NCBI GenBank assembly: GCA_950097015.1
Contig: CATNEN010000033.1
Location: 2,418,001 to 2,482,000 of the forward strand
Reading direction: 5' to 3'
From: Macrostomum hystrix
Taxonomy: Eukaryota > Animalia > Platyhelminthes
Length of the DNA stretch: 64,000 nucleotides
Shown here: piece after piece, positions 46,227 to 56,728 of the stretch
How the letters are laid out: each line of letters starts with the position of its first letter
Position numbering within the stretch: position 1 is the stretch's first letter
The notes under the pieces: generated by a model
Told to the model about the DNA's origin: nothing
Databases searched by the model: none
The model's input: only the letters and a program-made list of their open reading frames with translations
Translations under genes and position numbers: made by a program

Positions 46227-46531
46227 CATACGCTCTAGGACTAAAGGCTAGACGCATGAAACGGATGCTACATTTTACCTGTCGAGTAAAGCCGTAAAAT
46301 GATTCCTTCGATAAAAAGCAGGGCATTAATCATCGAGGTTGCAATTGCCTCGCCTGAATTAACCCCACTTGGCAGCCCAGGTGCACCCTGATTGGCTATC
46401 ACTTGACCCTATCAGCCGCGGCTTGGAAGCCGATTAAGATAAAAATCGAAAGCAGAAAGGCATTGCCTAGACAAAACGCAGCATGCTGGTCACAAAACTG
46501 AACATTTCTGCTGTGCAGTTCAAGTAGGCGA

Positions 46532-46672
46532 ATGTCGGCCAGTGCCAGTCGGGGCCCAGTCTTTGGAGACTCGAACAGGTGCGAGGCCTGCTTCATCTGC
46601 TTGACTGAGCTGCGGCGCCAGGTGCTGCAACTGGCACTGCCCAGCCCGAAGAGTCGCGACTTCCTGCTCAGG
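46532..46672 (+). CDS. KIF26: KIF26-like kinesin exon 1 (RCEACFICLTELRRQVLQL)
   Basis: Resembles the first Cys-containing N-terminal KIF26 motif; agg|gtaaga donor; acceptor at 46518 lies 13 nt before the ATG. Confidence 0.7.
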
Positions 46673-46682
46673 GTAAGATGAG

Positions 46683-47110
46683 CTGACAGTCTGGTGTCTG
46701 ACAGGCTGGTGTCTGACAGGCTGGTGTCTGACAGGCTGATATCTGACAGGCTGGTGTCTGACAGGCTGATATCTGACAGGCTGGTGTCTGACAGGCTGAT
46801 ATCTGACAGGCTGGTGTCCGACAGGCTGATATCTGACAGGCTGGTGTCTGACAGGCTGGTGTCTGACAGGCTGGTGTCTGACAGGCTGGTGTCTGACAGG
46901 CTGGTGTCTGACAGGCTGGTGTCTGACAGGCTGGTGTCTGACAGGCTGGTGTCTGACAGGCTGGTGTCTGACAGTCTGGTGTCTGACAGGCTGGTGTCTG
47001 ACAGTCTGGTGTCTGACAGTCTGGTGTCTGACAGTCTGGTGTCTGACAGTCTGGTGTCTGACAGTCTGGTGTCTGACAGGCTGGTGTCTGACAGGCTGGT
47101 GTCTGACAGT
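46683..47110. repeat. 15-bp minisatellite (GTCTGACAGGCTGGT)n
   Basis: Starts about 10 nt after the donor. Confidence 0.95.
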
Positions 47111-47570
47111 GTGTCTATTCCGGCATATTGTAAAGTCAAGAACATGAGAGCAGTTAATGACATGAAAGCTTCATCAAACATGTTAGCTGTCCCGCAGAAT
47201 GTCGTGAGGTCATCTTGGTCTTCTGCTTTTTCTGCAGCCTTCTTATCAAGCCCCATTAAAATTTCTATTGCGCAGTGAAGCTCTCGGCTTATAGAATTCT
47301 TACTTCCCTAAGACCGGAAGCAGTTAGGCGTGTATCGTTTTCCTCATTTTTGGCCAAAGCGTATTTTCCTACATATCTGAATCGGTCAGCCGCCGCCCTA
47401 CAGTGTCTACAGTGTAGTGGGGAGGGAGTCCGGGATAATAATCCCCAAGTAGAGCCGCTGTGGGATTCGGGAGTGGAAGAACTGATCCCCTAAGCGGATG
47501 AGGCTGGCCGCACCTTACATACCTGGAGTGGGAGGCGGGTGTCAGGTGGGTTTGGAGGTCTTTATCGGCA

Positions 47571-47593
47571 GCAGCGGCAGCGGCAGCAGCAGC

Positions 47594-47630
<37 letters not shown>

Positions 47631-47642
47631 GCAGCAGCAGCA
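47571..47642. repeat. (GCA/GCG)n trinucleotide tract, intronic
   Basis: About 24 triplets. Confidence 0.85.
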
Positions 47643-48280
47643 GGCCAAGAGTTGAATATCGTTAAAAGACAGGTCTGCTACTCCCCCTCCGTGTGCCCAG
47701 ATCCCCACGGTGGGAGTTGCTAACGAATGAAGCTGCGTCTGCGTTTCTTCCCCTTGCTTCCCTATTTCTTAGAAACGATGGGATCAATCTCCTAGGAAGG
47801 GAAATCCCAGGGCGCTGGGACAGGGCTTTCGTGTTGGTCAGAGGAGATGTTAGGGGAAAATTATGGGCGGTGGGCGCGGCTCCTGCAGAATGCGAGTCGA
47901 GTAAGTTGAATAACTAGAATTTTTCATTTATTTCACAAACTCTTTCAAAGCTTTTACCTTTCGAAACACATTTTCTGGCTAAAGGAGAGGTGCGCAATTG
48001 GCGCAATTCGCGCCATTCAGTTTCTCCTGCCATTTTTTCCATGCTCCAATTTGAACTTTGGATGCCTTGTTTAAACTAGATTTTCAGCACTCTTTCGCAT
48101 AACAGTTAGACATCAGGTGTGAAGCTAATTTCAAGTGTCCGATTTTATACGGCCTAAATTAAGGGAGAGCTTACACGGAGAATAAAATATTATTTTTTAT
48201 TTATTTGCACTAGCCTACTAACTAATAGGCAGAATCAGACGCAAATAAAAAAAATACGCGTTAAAAAAACGCACCTCCAG

Positions 48281-48492
48281 GAGCAGCCGAGCACCTCGGT
48301 GACACTGATGCAGCGACTCCGGCTTCCACGCCTGCCAGGGCACCGCCTTGACGGCGGCCGCTGCAACCTCTGCGGCACGGGGGCCCACCAGCTCAAGATG
48401 GAGGCCGCAGCCTGCGGGCAGCTCCACCGAGCACCTCTCAACCTGCCGCGGCCGGGCCAACAGGCCCCTGTACGCATCGGCGACTGCAGCAG
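48281..48492 (+). CDS. KIF26: KIF26-like exon 2 (RCNLCGTGAHQLKMEA)
   Basis: Resembles the KIF26 RCDxCxTHLxQLKxEA motif; ctccag acceptor and ag|gtggct donor; phase 0 to 2. Confidence 0.72.
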
Positions 48493-48547
48493 GTGGCTAA
48501 CTGCTTCTTGTCACTGGATGCAGACAGATGTAGCTGATATTTGGCAT

Positions 48548-49216
48548 CCATCTCATTGCACCAACATCACCAATCAACTCCATCTCATTGAACCAACATC
48601 ACCAATCAACTCCATCTCATTGCACCAACATCACCAATCAACTCCATCTCATTGCACCAACATCACCAATCAACTCCATCTCATTGCACCAACATCACCA
48701 ATCAACTCCATCTCATTGCACCATCACCAATCAACTCCGTCTCATTGCACCAACATCACCAATCAACTCCGTCTCATTGCACCAACATCACCAATCAACT
48801 CCATCTCATTGCACCAACATCACCAATCAACTCCATCTCATTGCACCATCACCAATCAACTCCGTCTCATTGCACCAACATCACCAATCAACTCCGTCTC
48901 ATTGCACCAACATCACCAATCAACTCCGTCTCATTGCACCAACATCACCAATCAACTCCGTCTCATTGCACCAACATCACCAATCAACTCCGTCTCATTG
49001 CACCAACATCACCAATCAACTCCATCTCATTGCACCAACATCACCAATCAACTCCATCTCATTGCACCAACATCACCAATCAACTCCATCTCATTGCACC
49101 AACATCACCAATCAACTCCATCTCATTGCACCAACATCACCAATCAACTCCATCTCATTGCACCAACATCACCAATCAACTCCATCTCATTGCACCAACA
49201 TCACCAATCAACTCCA
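48548..49216. repeat. 32-bp minisatellite (CCATCTCATTGCACCAACATCACCAATCAACT)n
   Basis: About 21 copies; the last unit runs into the exon 3 acceptor. Confidence 0.95.
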
Positions 49217-49217
49217 G

Positions 49218-49341
49218 ACAAAGCACTGATTTCGTCACAACCAACAGGCCGAAGAGTCTGCGCTGGCACGGCACGGACGGCACGGAGGGCTTTGGGCCAG
49301 TCGGTCTCTTCAGTCCCAGCGACTGCTACGGCTATCAGCAG
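49218..49341 (+). CDS. KIF26: KIF26-like exon 3
   Basis: ctccag acceptor and cag|gtgcca donor; phase 2 to 0; open frame. Confidence 0.55.
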
Positions 49342-49981
49342 GTGCCACACTACTATGCCTGCAACATACTACTTACTATAATGTTTAGTAACAGGGAGAT
49401 TCTCCATCGCTTCAGTTCACCCAGCCGTAAAATGGGTGTCACCAGTATTAGCTGGGAGAGAAATTTCAGTCCACGGACTGAACAGCTGTTAACTGGACCC
49501 CAACTGGGATAGATTTAATTTCTATATTCAATCCAGCTACTGTCTAGACAGAGCTTTGTCCTCCTTTGTCCTCCTGGTTGCGGTTTTGACTTTGTTCTAT
49601 AAAAGTTTCTTTGTGAGTAAAATTTTTCTCAGCCGGCCTTCAGAAACTCCGCCTCTGTTTCTGGGGGTGTGTTACTCAAAGGAAGTTTGCTAAAATTGTA
49701 TGAGCAATCGGATTAGAAGTTGGGGGTCTTTATCCTCACCCAAGCCCTCTGTCTCTGTTCCCGCAACCCAATAAATAAAGCCTCAAATTGACACATTGTG
49801 ACCAGTGCCCTGGATTCAATCCCTTATCAATTGATTGATTTCTCATGTGCGACCGGTTCCCTCCTGTCACAATGAGGATTGAGTGAGTGACGTCAAGGCC
49901 TCAATGATATAAATATTCCCACAAATGAATCCCAAACTAGCAAAACTTGCTAACGGAGTTATTTTGAAAAACATGCCTCAG

Positions 49982-50053
49982 TTACAGAAGCTAAATCAGC
50001 AGCAGCAACAGCAGCAGCAGCAACAGCAGCAGCAGCAACAGCAGCAGCAGCAA

Positions 50054-50103
<50 letters not shown>

Positions 50104-50122
50104 ACAGCAGCAGCAGCAACAG

Positions 50123-50172
<50 letters not shown>

Positions 50173-50238
50173 ACAGCAGAAGCAGCAACACTGCCATAGT
50201 GACCCGGAACATGCCGGCCATCAAAGCAGTTTTCAGAG
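49982..50238 (+). CDS. KIF26: KIF26-like exon 4 with a Q61 tract
   Basis: cctcag acceptor and ag|gtaagc donor; phase 0 to 2. Confidence 0.6.
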
Positions 50239-50886
50239 GTAAGCGCGCTACAATACTTGAATTTCCGAGTAGATAAAGGTCGAAATGATCCCAATGATCT
50301 TATCACTGGGAGTCGTAGCATTCACAATTTGTGGGTAAGGTTTTACAAACCTTAAAATAAAAAAATTGGATTTTCTGCAGAGTAAAGTTTTGGTAGATTG
50401 TGATAATTTCAGGGTTTTACGAGGGTTGTGTCATAAATTCGCTGACAAACTTACATAACGTCTGTTTCTTTTGTACTTTTGGGCAGAAGTTTTTGTTACA
50501 GACTAAGGCACCATCGATCTTATTGTCTATGGAAAATCTTCCCCCTGGCTTTTGAGATAAGGCAGAAATCGAGTGGCATTCAAACCACACTTCTAGCCAG
50601 TGTGGCAGAGCCCCCGCTGGGGGCATGGGGGCGAAGCCCTCACATTCTAACCATAGACAAAATGTCATGAAGAAAGCTTTCGCCACGGTTATGAAGATTT
50701 TAAATTGATTTTACCATTAAAAACATAATTTAACCATAGACAAAATCAATCTTGCACGCTGGAGATGGTGAGGGGAGGGGGTGAGAGAAGAGGGGAAAGG
50801 AGATTACATATTGAAAGCTAGTTGCCACTATAAAAAACAAAGCAATGGTTTCTCTAATTAACCCGTCGATTCTTCCTCGGGTGAAA

Positions 50887-51858
50887 ATGGACATGCGATA
50901 TGCAACTGTCGATGGCTTCTCATTCGAAGAGGTCGCAATTGCAGCCATTTCTAGCAAGTGGGAAATAGAGAACGAATAGTTGCTGCCCATGCTGGACGAA
51001 ATTGCTGACGACGATTTAGAGAAGCTGTTAGCGACTGACCCGATGTCGAATACAAGTCTGGATGAACTGAGAATCAGTTTCAATCAACCATCGCAAAGGA
51101 ATTGGCTTCCGTCGGTCGTTTCGAGAAGTTTCTAACTGACAATGGTGTTCAACTGGATCTCAAAGTTGCCTCTGTGGATGATATAGCTAAATTTGTGAGG
51201 TACTTTTATGCTGGATTGAGGAAGCCTGACGATTCCTTTTATTCACCAAACACTGTGGTTGGAGTCCGATCTGGATTGTTGCGCCATCTTATGAAGTTGC
51301 GAGCGATTGACATCATAAATGATAAAGCCGTTCATTTCAAAGCATTTGCAACGCTTTCCTTCGATCTGGAGGAAGATTGAAGCACTACGATGCTATTGAG
51401 AGTGACGACCTGAAGAAGCTCGGTAAATATACTTCGATCGGTCGAATCCGGTGCGTCTTCAAGAGGAAGTATACTTTAAATCATTTATTACTATGGGAAC
51501 AGAGGCCGTGAATGGTTGCGTGGTTTGAGGTTTGATCGTTTTTGTGAGAATCGGCTCGCCAATGGACTCTACGCGATTGAGCTTGTTCAGGGAGATTCAA
51601 AGAATCTACATGGTTCTACCAGCGTCGCCGTCATGGTTGACAGCAAGCAAGCGTTGATGGTGTCAAAGGGAGATTCTGCCAAATGTCCAGTTGAGGCGTT
51701 CAGACTGTACAAGCAAAAGGTCGCCGAAGTTGAAGGATGGAACGGAGTGGACTTCATTCTTCGACCAAACGCTAACTTTCGTTCATCTGGTAAGTGGTAC
51801 AGCAAGAGCGCAGTATGGGTCAACACCCTTGGGCCTCTGATGAAGAAAATTTCTACGT
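50887..51858 (+). pseudogene. Crypton/DUF3504-type tyrosine recombinase fragment (frameshifted, C-terminally truncated)
   Basis: FYAGLRKPDDSFYS..VRSGLLRHL..IDIIND, GNRGREWLR, KCPVEAFRLY and WYSKSAVWVNTL..LMKKIS match the DUF3504/Crypton pattern. Confidence 0.8.
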
Positions 51859-52474
51859 CCCCCGGATTCCGACTTTCTTGGCCGCCTGGTGACTGGTGAT
51901 GAAACGTGGTTTCACTTCTACGAACCTGAAACGAAACAGCAGAGCAGCGTCTGGAAGGCTACTCACGAACCCCCACCGTTCAAGGCCAAGGCGGTGCAGT
52001 CAGCAGGTAAGCGCATGGCCACCGTGTTCTGGGACAGAGAAGGCATCTTGCTGATCGAGTGGCTACCTGAAGGCAGAACCATCAATGCCCAGTACTACTG
52101 TGAAATATTGGAACGGCTGCGTGAGAAGATCAAGAGTGAGCGCCTGGGAAGGATCACCAAGGGCATTGTGCTGCAGCAGGACAACGCCAGGCCGCATACC
52201 TGCAATGCAGCTATGGATATCATCAGGAGACTAGGCTTCGAGTTGATGCCTCACCCTGCCTATTCTCCTGACCTGTCCCCCAGTGACTACTGGTTGTTCG
52301 CTAAAATGAAAGAGCCTCTTCGTGGCCATCGCTATGGAAGCACTCAGCTCGGCCATCAGCCAGTGGGTACGAGGGACCCCCACGGAGTTCTTCGCCCACG
52401 GCATCAGCAAGCTGCCAGAGAGATGGCACAAATGTGTGCAGCTTGGGGGTGACTATGCTAAGAAGCAGTGTTGA
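51859..52474 (+). pseudogene. Mariner transposase catalytic domain lacking the N-terminal DNA-binding region; frameshift near 52340
   Basis: 34 residues between QD and the SPSD aspartate; the C-terminus KLPERWHKCVQLGGDY lies in a shifted frame. Confidence 0.88.
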
Positions 52475-52712
52475 CAATTAGCTGTTCTTTGATATTTGCA
52501 GTTGTCAGCGAGTTTATGACACAACCCTCGTACAATCACCTAATCAGGCTGCAATTCTGCAGCGGCAAATATCCCATCAGGTTCATACTTGCCACTTTAG
52601 TGAGGTTGTCCACTTTGAGGCTGCATAATTGGACTGCGGACTATAAATGCAGTGACCATTCTCATGCCCTGCCAGGGTCTGTCAGTCGAACGAGTCGGTA
52701 ACCGCTGTGCAG

Positions 52713-52833
52713 ACACTGCAATGGCCGGCCAACGATTGCGGACCTCATGCGGGCCGGACTGCCTTCGCTACCATCTGAACTGCAGCAGCAGCAGCAGCAG
52801 CATCAGAGAATGAATGCTGGCACGTCAGTGTCC
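52713..52833 (+). CDS. KIF26: KIF26-like exon 5
   Basis: tgtgcag acceptor and tcc|gtaaga donor; phase 2 to 0, exactly bridging exons 4 and 6. Confidence 0.6.
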
Positions 52834-52919
52834 GTAAGAAAGGCCAAAGTCGACTCAGATTTTTATTATCGCATTCAATTAATCGAGATCCGTCACGTTG
52901 GTTGCCAAGGAGGTTAACA

Positions 52920-53210
52920 GGGGGTGCTTGGCTCGTTTGCCTCTCGCACGTAGGTCCCTGAGCTCGATTCCGCGGCGAGGTCACATTCATTTGGACGCGT
53001 GCAGTGCAATTTATGCCCCTGAGGGCCAACCCTTAGGGGACAGTGAGAGTGTACACTGCCTGAAAATTAGAATTTGTCAGGGCACATGTGCTCGCCCTGT
53101 GTGTGTGTGCTCAGGAGTCAGCTAAATGCGCAGAATTACCTTCTCGCTGGCAGCGGGCTCTAATGTCACCAAATGATGTACCAGTGCAAACGGCCCTCCT
53201 GCAAAAAAAA
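52920..53210 (+). mobile_element. tRNA-derived SINE-like family A, copy 3, ending in an A8 tail
   Basis: Colinear with the reverse complement of 42713-43060. Confidence 0.68.
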
Positions 53211-53256
53211 CTATATTTTTTATTAATATGCATACTACATATTCTATTGTACACAG

Positions 53257-53454
53257 ATGAAAGTCATCGTGAAGGTGGTTGCTAAGGGGGTCTCTGGTCG
53301 ACCTAGCAACGGTGTTGAAATGTCGGTGGACTGTCGCAGGCGGCAGATATCGATCCCGGAGCCGCAGCCGCAGCCGGGGCGCATGAGCAGCCAGCGGTGC
53401 GGAGGTCAGCGGACCTTCACATTCGACTCGGTGCTGACAGCCGGGGAGAGCACG
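53257..53454 (+). CDS. KIF26: KIF26-like exon 6 (start of the motor domain, MKVIVKV...FTFDSVL)
   Basis: Kinesin beta1 and FxFD motif; cacag acceptor and acg|gtaact donor. Confidence 0.85.
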
Positions 53455-53526
53455 GTAACTTGAGCAGTTTTTGCTTGGAGAAGTCTTCTCTTTCTCTGCA
53501 GCTCCGCAACTCACGCTTAACTGCAG

Positions 53527-53620
53527 GCCGAGCTGTGCTCTGCGACAATTCGCGACCTGCTGCCCGCTGTGCTGGCCGGCTCCAACGCCTGCGTACTGGT
53601 GTTCGGACACCCCAGCCTGG
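53527..53620 (+). CDS. KIF26: KIF26-like exon 7 (AELCSATIRDLLPAVLAGSNACVLVFGHPSL)
   Basis: KIF26-type pre-P-loop ending FGH; ctgcag acceptor and g|gtgagt donor. Confidence 0.88.
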
Positions 53621-53750
53621 GTGAGTGTGGCTGTCAGAGCGGCCAGGCTGTGTTTAGTGGCACCTGATTCGCTCTCTTAATATAGAATACCAATAGACAC
53701 CTTGTGAGATTAAAGTAGGATTTCTAAGAAAACGTGACAAAAACCAGCAG

Positions 53751-54927
53751 GAAAGCCTTCCCTGATGCTCGGCGACAGCAGCTGCCCGCTGGGTCTCCTG
53801 ACCTGCGCGGCTTCCTGGCTGTTCCAGCTGCTGAATATGGCGAAGTCGGCAGGCCGGCAGCCGACCGTCAGCATCAGCGCCGTCGAGATCAGTGGACCCA
53901 ACGAGGCTCAGCTGGACCTGCTGACTGGCCGCGCGGTGCCTGAAAACGTCCGACCCAGCGAGAGGCCCGCCGACTCAGCCGAACTCGCCGGCCGCATACT
54001 GGACGCTGTCATGACGGCCGCGAACCCGCCGTCAGCGCTGTCGCCCATCGGCGACGCTGGCCTGTCAGTCGGCCGGCACCTGATTGTGACGCTGCGGCTG
54101 CACCACGGAGATGGCGGCGACGATGGCGGCTCGCGGCTGCACTTGCTGGATCTGCGGCCAGGTCGGAGCCGGTCGTCACCCGGCAGCGAATGCACGGCGC
54201 TCAGCCTGGCCGGCGCCGCGGGCGTCCTGCTGGCTCTTGCCGGCGGGCAGCGGAGTCCGCAGCGACAGTCGCGGCTAGCCCGGCTGCTGACGGGCTGTCT
54301 GTTCTCTTGTCGGAGTGCCATCATTGTTCCAGTGTCGTCCAGACCAGCTGCTACTGTCGAGTCGCTTCAGCTGCTGCAGTTTGCTGCCCGGCTGCGGCGG
54401 TTGCGCCTGCGGCGAGTCCTGACGGCTCAGCGCGGGGATTTGGCCCCCAGCTGCAAGCAGCTCGAATCGAACGGCGTCAACGAGAACCGCGTGGTCGACA
54501 ATGAAGCTGATGAGACGGCGAGCGAAAGGAGCTGCGACACCGTCATCTTCTTAGGACCCCGGTCGTCAACCATGACGACCACGGCTCAGCTTCAACTGCG
54601 AAAATCACCGATGCTTGCTACTAATCAGCAGCAGCAGCAGCAGCAGCCGCGACTGCCACCTCAGGAATTGTGGATTGACGGACCAAAAGCTGGACCAACA
54701 TTAGCGCCACCGCTTTCGCAGCTGCAGCCACCTCAGCCCTCCCAGCCGCCGCCGCCACCGTCAGGGAAGCGTGACGCTGTGACTCAGTCAGACGAGACAG
54801 CCCTGACAGATCCTATTGACAGATCCGTCCAGAGGGTGCAAAAAGCAAATTTTGCAGCGAAGCCTCCCAGGCCGGGAGCGGCCAGCGCTGATCCTCTTGT
54901 GGCCAGGGTGAAGCCGATTGTGCGCCA

Positions 54928-54991
<64 letters not shown>

Positions 54992-55340
54992 AAACCACCA
55001 AGCCGACTGGCCATTCCAGTCTATCAACGTGCCGAAGGCACTTTGCAGCGACTGCAACCAGCGCAACCGCCACGCTCGCTGCTGCAGCCGTTGCCGCATT
55101 CGCAGCGGCGAACCCGGCTGCCGATACCGGTGGCAGCTAGTCAGATTTCCAGTCCTGACTCTCCATGTCAGCTGAGGAACCTGGTCCCAGCTGCGGACAG
55201 GAGCAGACGACGGCGTAGCAGTCAGCAGCGCTGCGTTGGTGGAGTCGTCGGTTTCGACTCGGTGCATAGAAACGGCGAAGCTTCATGCCGCGGCACGCCT
55301 GACTGTGGCCTGGCGGCAGCAGGACGATGCGCTGACAGTG
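53751..55340 (+). CDS. KIF26: KIF26-like exon 8 (rest of the motor and low-complexity tail with polyQ)
   Basis: CAASWLFQLL, VSISAVEI and SRLHLLDL resemble KIF26; phase 1/1; g|gtaggt donor. Confidence 0.85.
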
Positions 55341-55422
55341 GTAGGTCTTGGCGATGCGCCATCCATGCTACTTGCAGTAGAGGGTTAGTTCAGTTTCATC
55401 AATTTCTCCTTCACTGACGCAG

Positions 55423-55647
55423 AGGTTGTCGCGGGCTCCACTGCGGCTCCGAAAAGCTCAAGGTGCCGCTCGGCGCCTCCGCCCCGGAACCCGGCCGTCT
55501 TATCGAACGTCGACAGTCAGGAAGCCGAACGACGAATTAAATGCGAGAAGGCCGCCAAGCTGCGGCTGCGTCAGGAGCAACTGTTGCTGGAGCTGCGAGA
55601 CACCAAGCGGTTGCTGATGTCGGCGGAGGGCAGCTGGAAGGCGGAAT
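55423..55647 (+). CDS. KIF26: KIF26-like exon 9 (C-terminal coiled coil LRLRQEQLLLELRDTKRLLM)
   Basis: gacgcag acceptor and t|gtaagt donor; phase 1/1. Confidence 0.82.
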
Positions 55648-55716
55648 GTAAGTTCACAGCTAAGCAAGCTCACGAGTTTAGAGAAGGCTGCTAAATTTTC
55701 TATTTGATTTGCGCAG

Positions 55717-55889
55717 TGCCGGTGAGTGCATCGATCGACTCCGAATCGCGCGGCTACCTGGAATCGCTGGCCAGAGAGACGGCCGCGTTGAAGCAGCGCG
55801 TGGCCGCCTGCAAGTCGCGGCTGATGCTGGTCACTTGCTTCGATGCCAGACCGCGCCGCCAGCGCTGCTCCGTATCTACGGCCGTCTAG
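55717..55889 (+). CDS. KIF26: KIF26-like exon 10 (YLESL...CKSRLMLVTCFD, stop)
   Basis: Matches the conserved KIF26 C-terminal motif. Joined CDS is 3135 nt, 1044 aa. Confidence 0.85.
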
Positions 55890-56049
55890 CTCTGAACAGT
55901 CCGAAGACATGAGTTCTGCTCACGACATCCCTTGGAAAAGGGATGTGCTGTGCTGTGGTGTGGCCGGAAACACAAAATCTGTGGCGTATAATCACTGCTT
56001 CGTGTCCACAGACATTTGGAGTCAATAATTTGATTTCACTATAGTATCA

Positions 56050-56728
56050 CAGTGTCTCTAGATGTCTGGATCATCTACTCAGTGTCTCTAGATGTCTGGA
56101 TCATCTACTCAGTGTCTCTAGATGTCTGGATCATCTACTCAGTGTCTCTAGATGTCTGGATCATCTACTCAGTGTCTCTAGATGTCTGTATCATCTACTC
56201 AGTGTCTCTAGATGTCTGGATCATCTACTCAATGTCTCTAGGTGTCTGGATCATCTACTCAGTGTCTCTAGATGTCTGGATCATCTACTCAGTGTCTCTA
56301 GATGTCTGGATCATCTACTCAATGTCTCTAGATGTCTGGATCATCTACTCAGTGTCTCTAGATGTCTGGATCATCTACTCAGTGTCTCTAGATGTCTGGA
56401 TCATCTACTCAGTGTCTCTAGATGTCTGGATCATCTACTCAGTGTCTCTAGATGTCTGGATCATCTACTCAATGTCTCTAGATGTCTGGATCATCTACTC
56501 AATGTCTCTAGATGTCTGGATCATCTACTCAGTGTCTCTAGATGTCTGGATCATCTACTCAGTGTCTCTAGATGTCTGGATCATCTACTCAATGTCTCTA
56601 GATGTCTGGATCATCTACTCAATGTCTCTAGATGTCTGGATCATCTACTCAGTGTCTCTAGATGTCTGGATCATCTACTCAGTGTCTCTAGATGTCTGGA
56701 TCATCTACTCAGTGTCTCTAGATGTCTG
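56050..56728. repeat. 30-bp minisatellite (CAGTGTCTCTAGATGTCTGGATCATCTACT)n, about 22 copies
   Basis: Period of 30; internal inverted repeat TAGATG..CATCTA. Confidence 0.97.

Larger units (their letters stand above)
50420..52530 (+). mobile_element. Mariner (DD34D) element with a captured Crypton-type segment, in KIF26-like intron 4
   Basis: TIRs CGAGGGTTGTGTCATAAA(T/C)TCGCTGACAA at both ends, TA duplications at 50418-19 and 52531-32; transposase core GDETW, QDNA and YSPDLSPSD. Confidence 0.92.

Noticed and set aside
46399-47256. 285-aa minus-strand ORF with SDTSL repeats
   Set aside because: Antisense reading of KIF26-like exon 1 plus a 15-bp intronic satellite.
54507-54527. Hammerhead-like core CTGATGA...GAAA
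   Set aside because: Stem II does not pair beyond one G-C, no stems I and III are evident, and it lies in KIF26 coding sequence (ADETASER).
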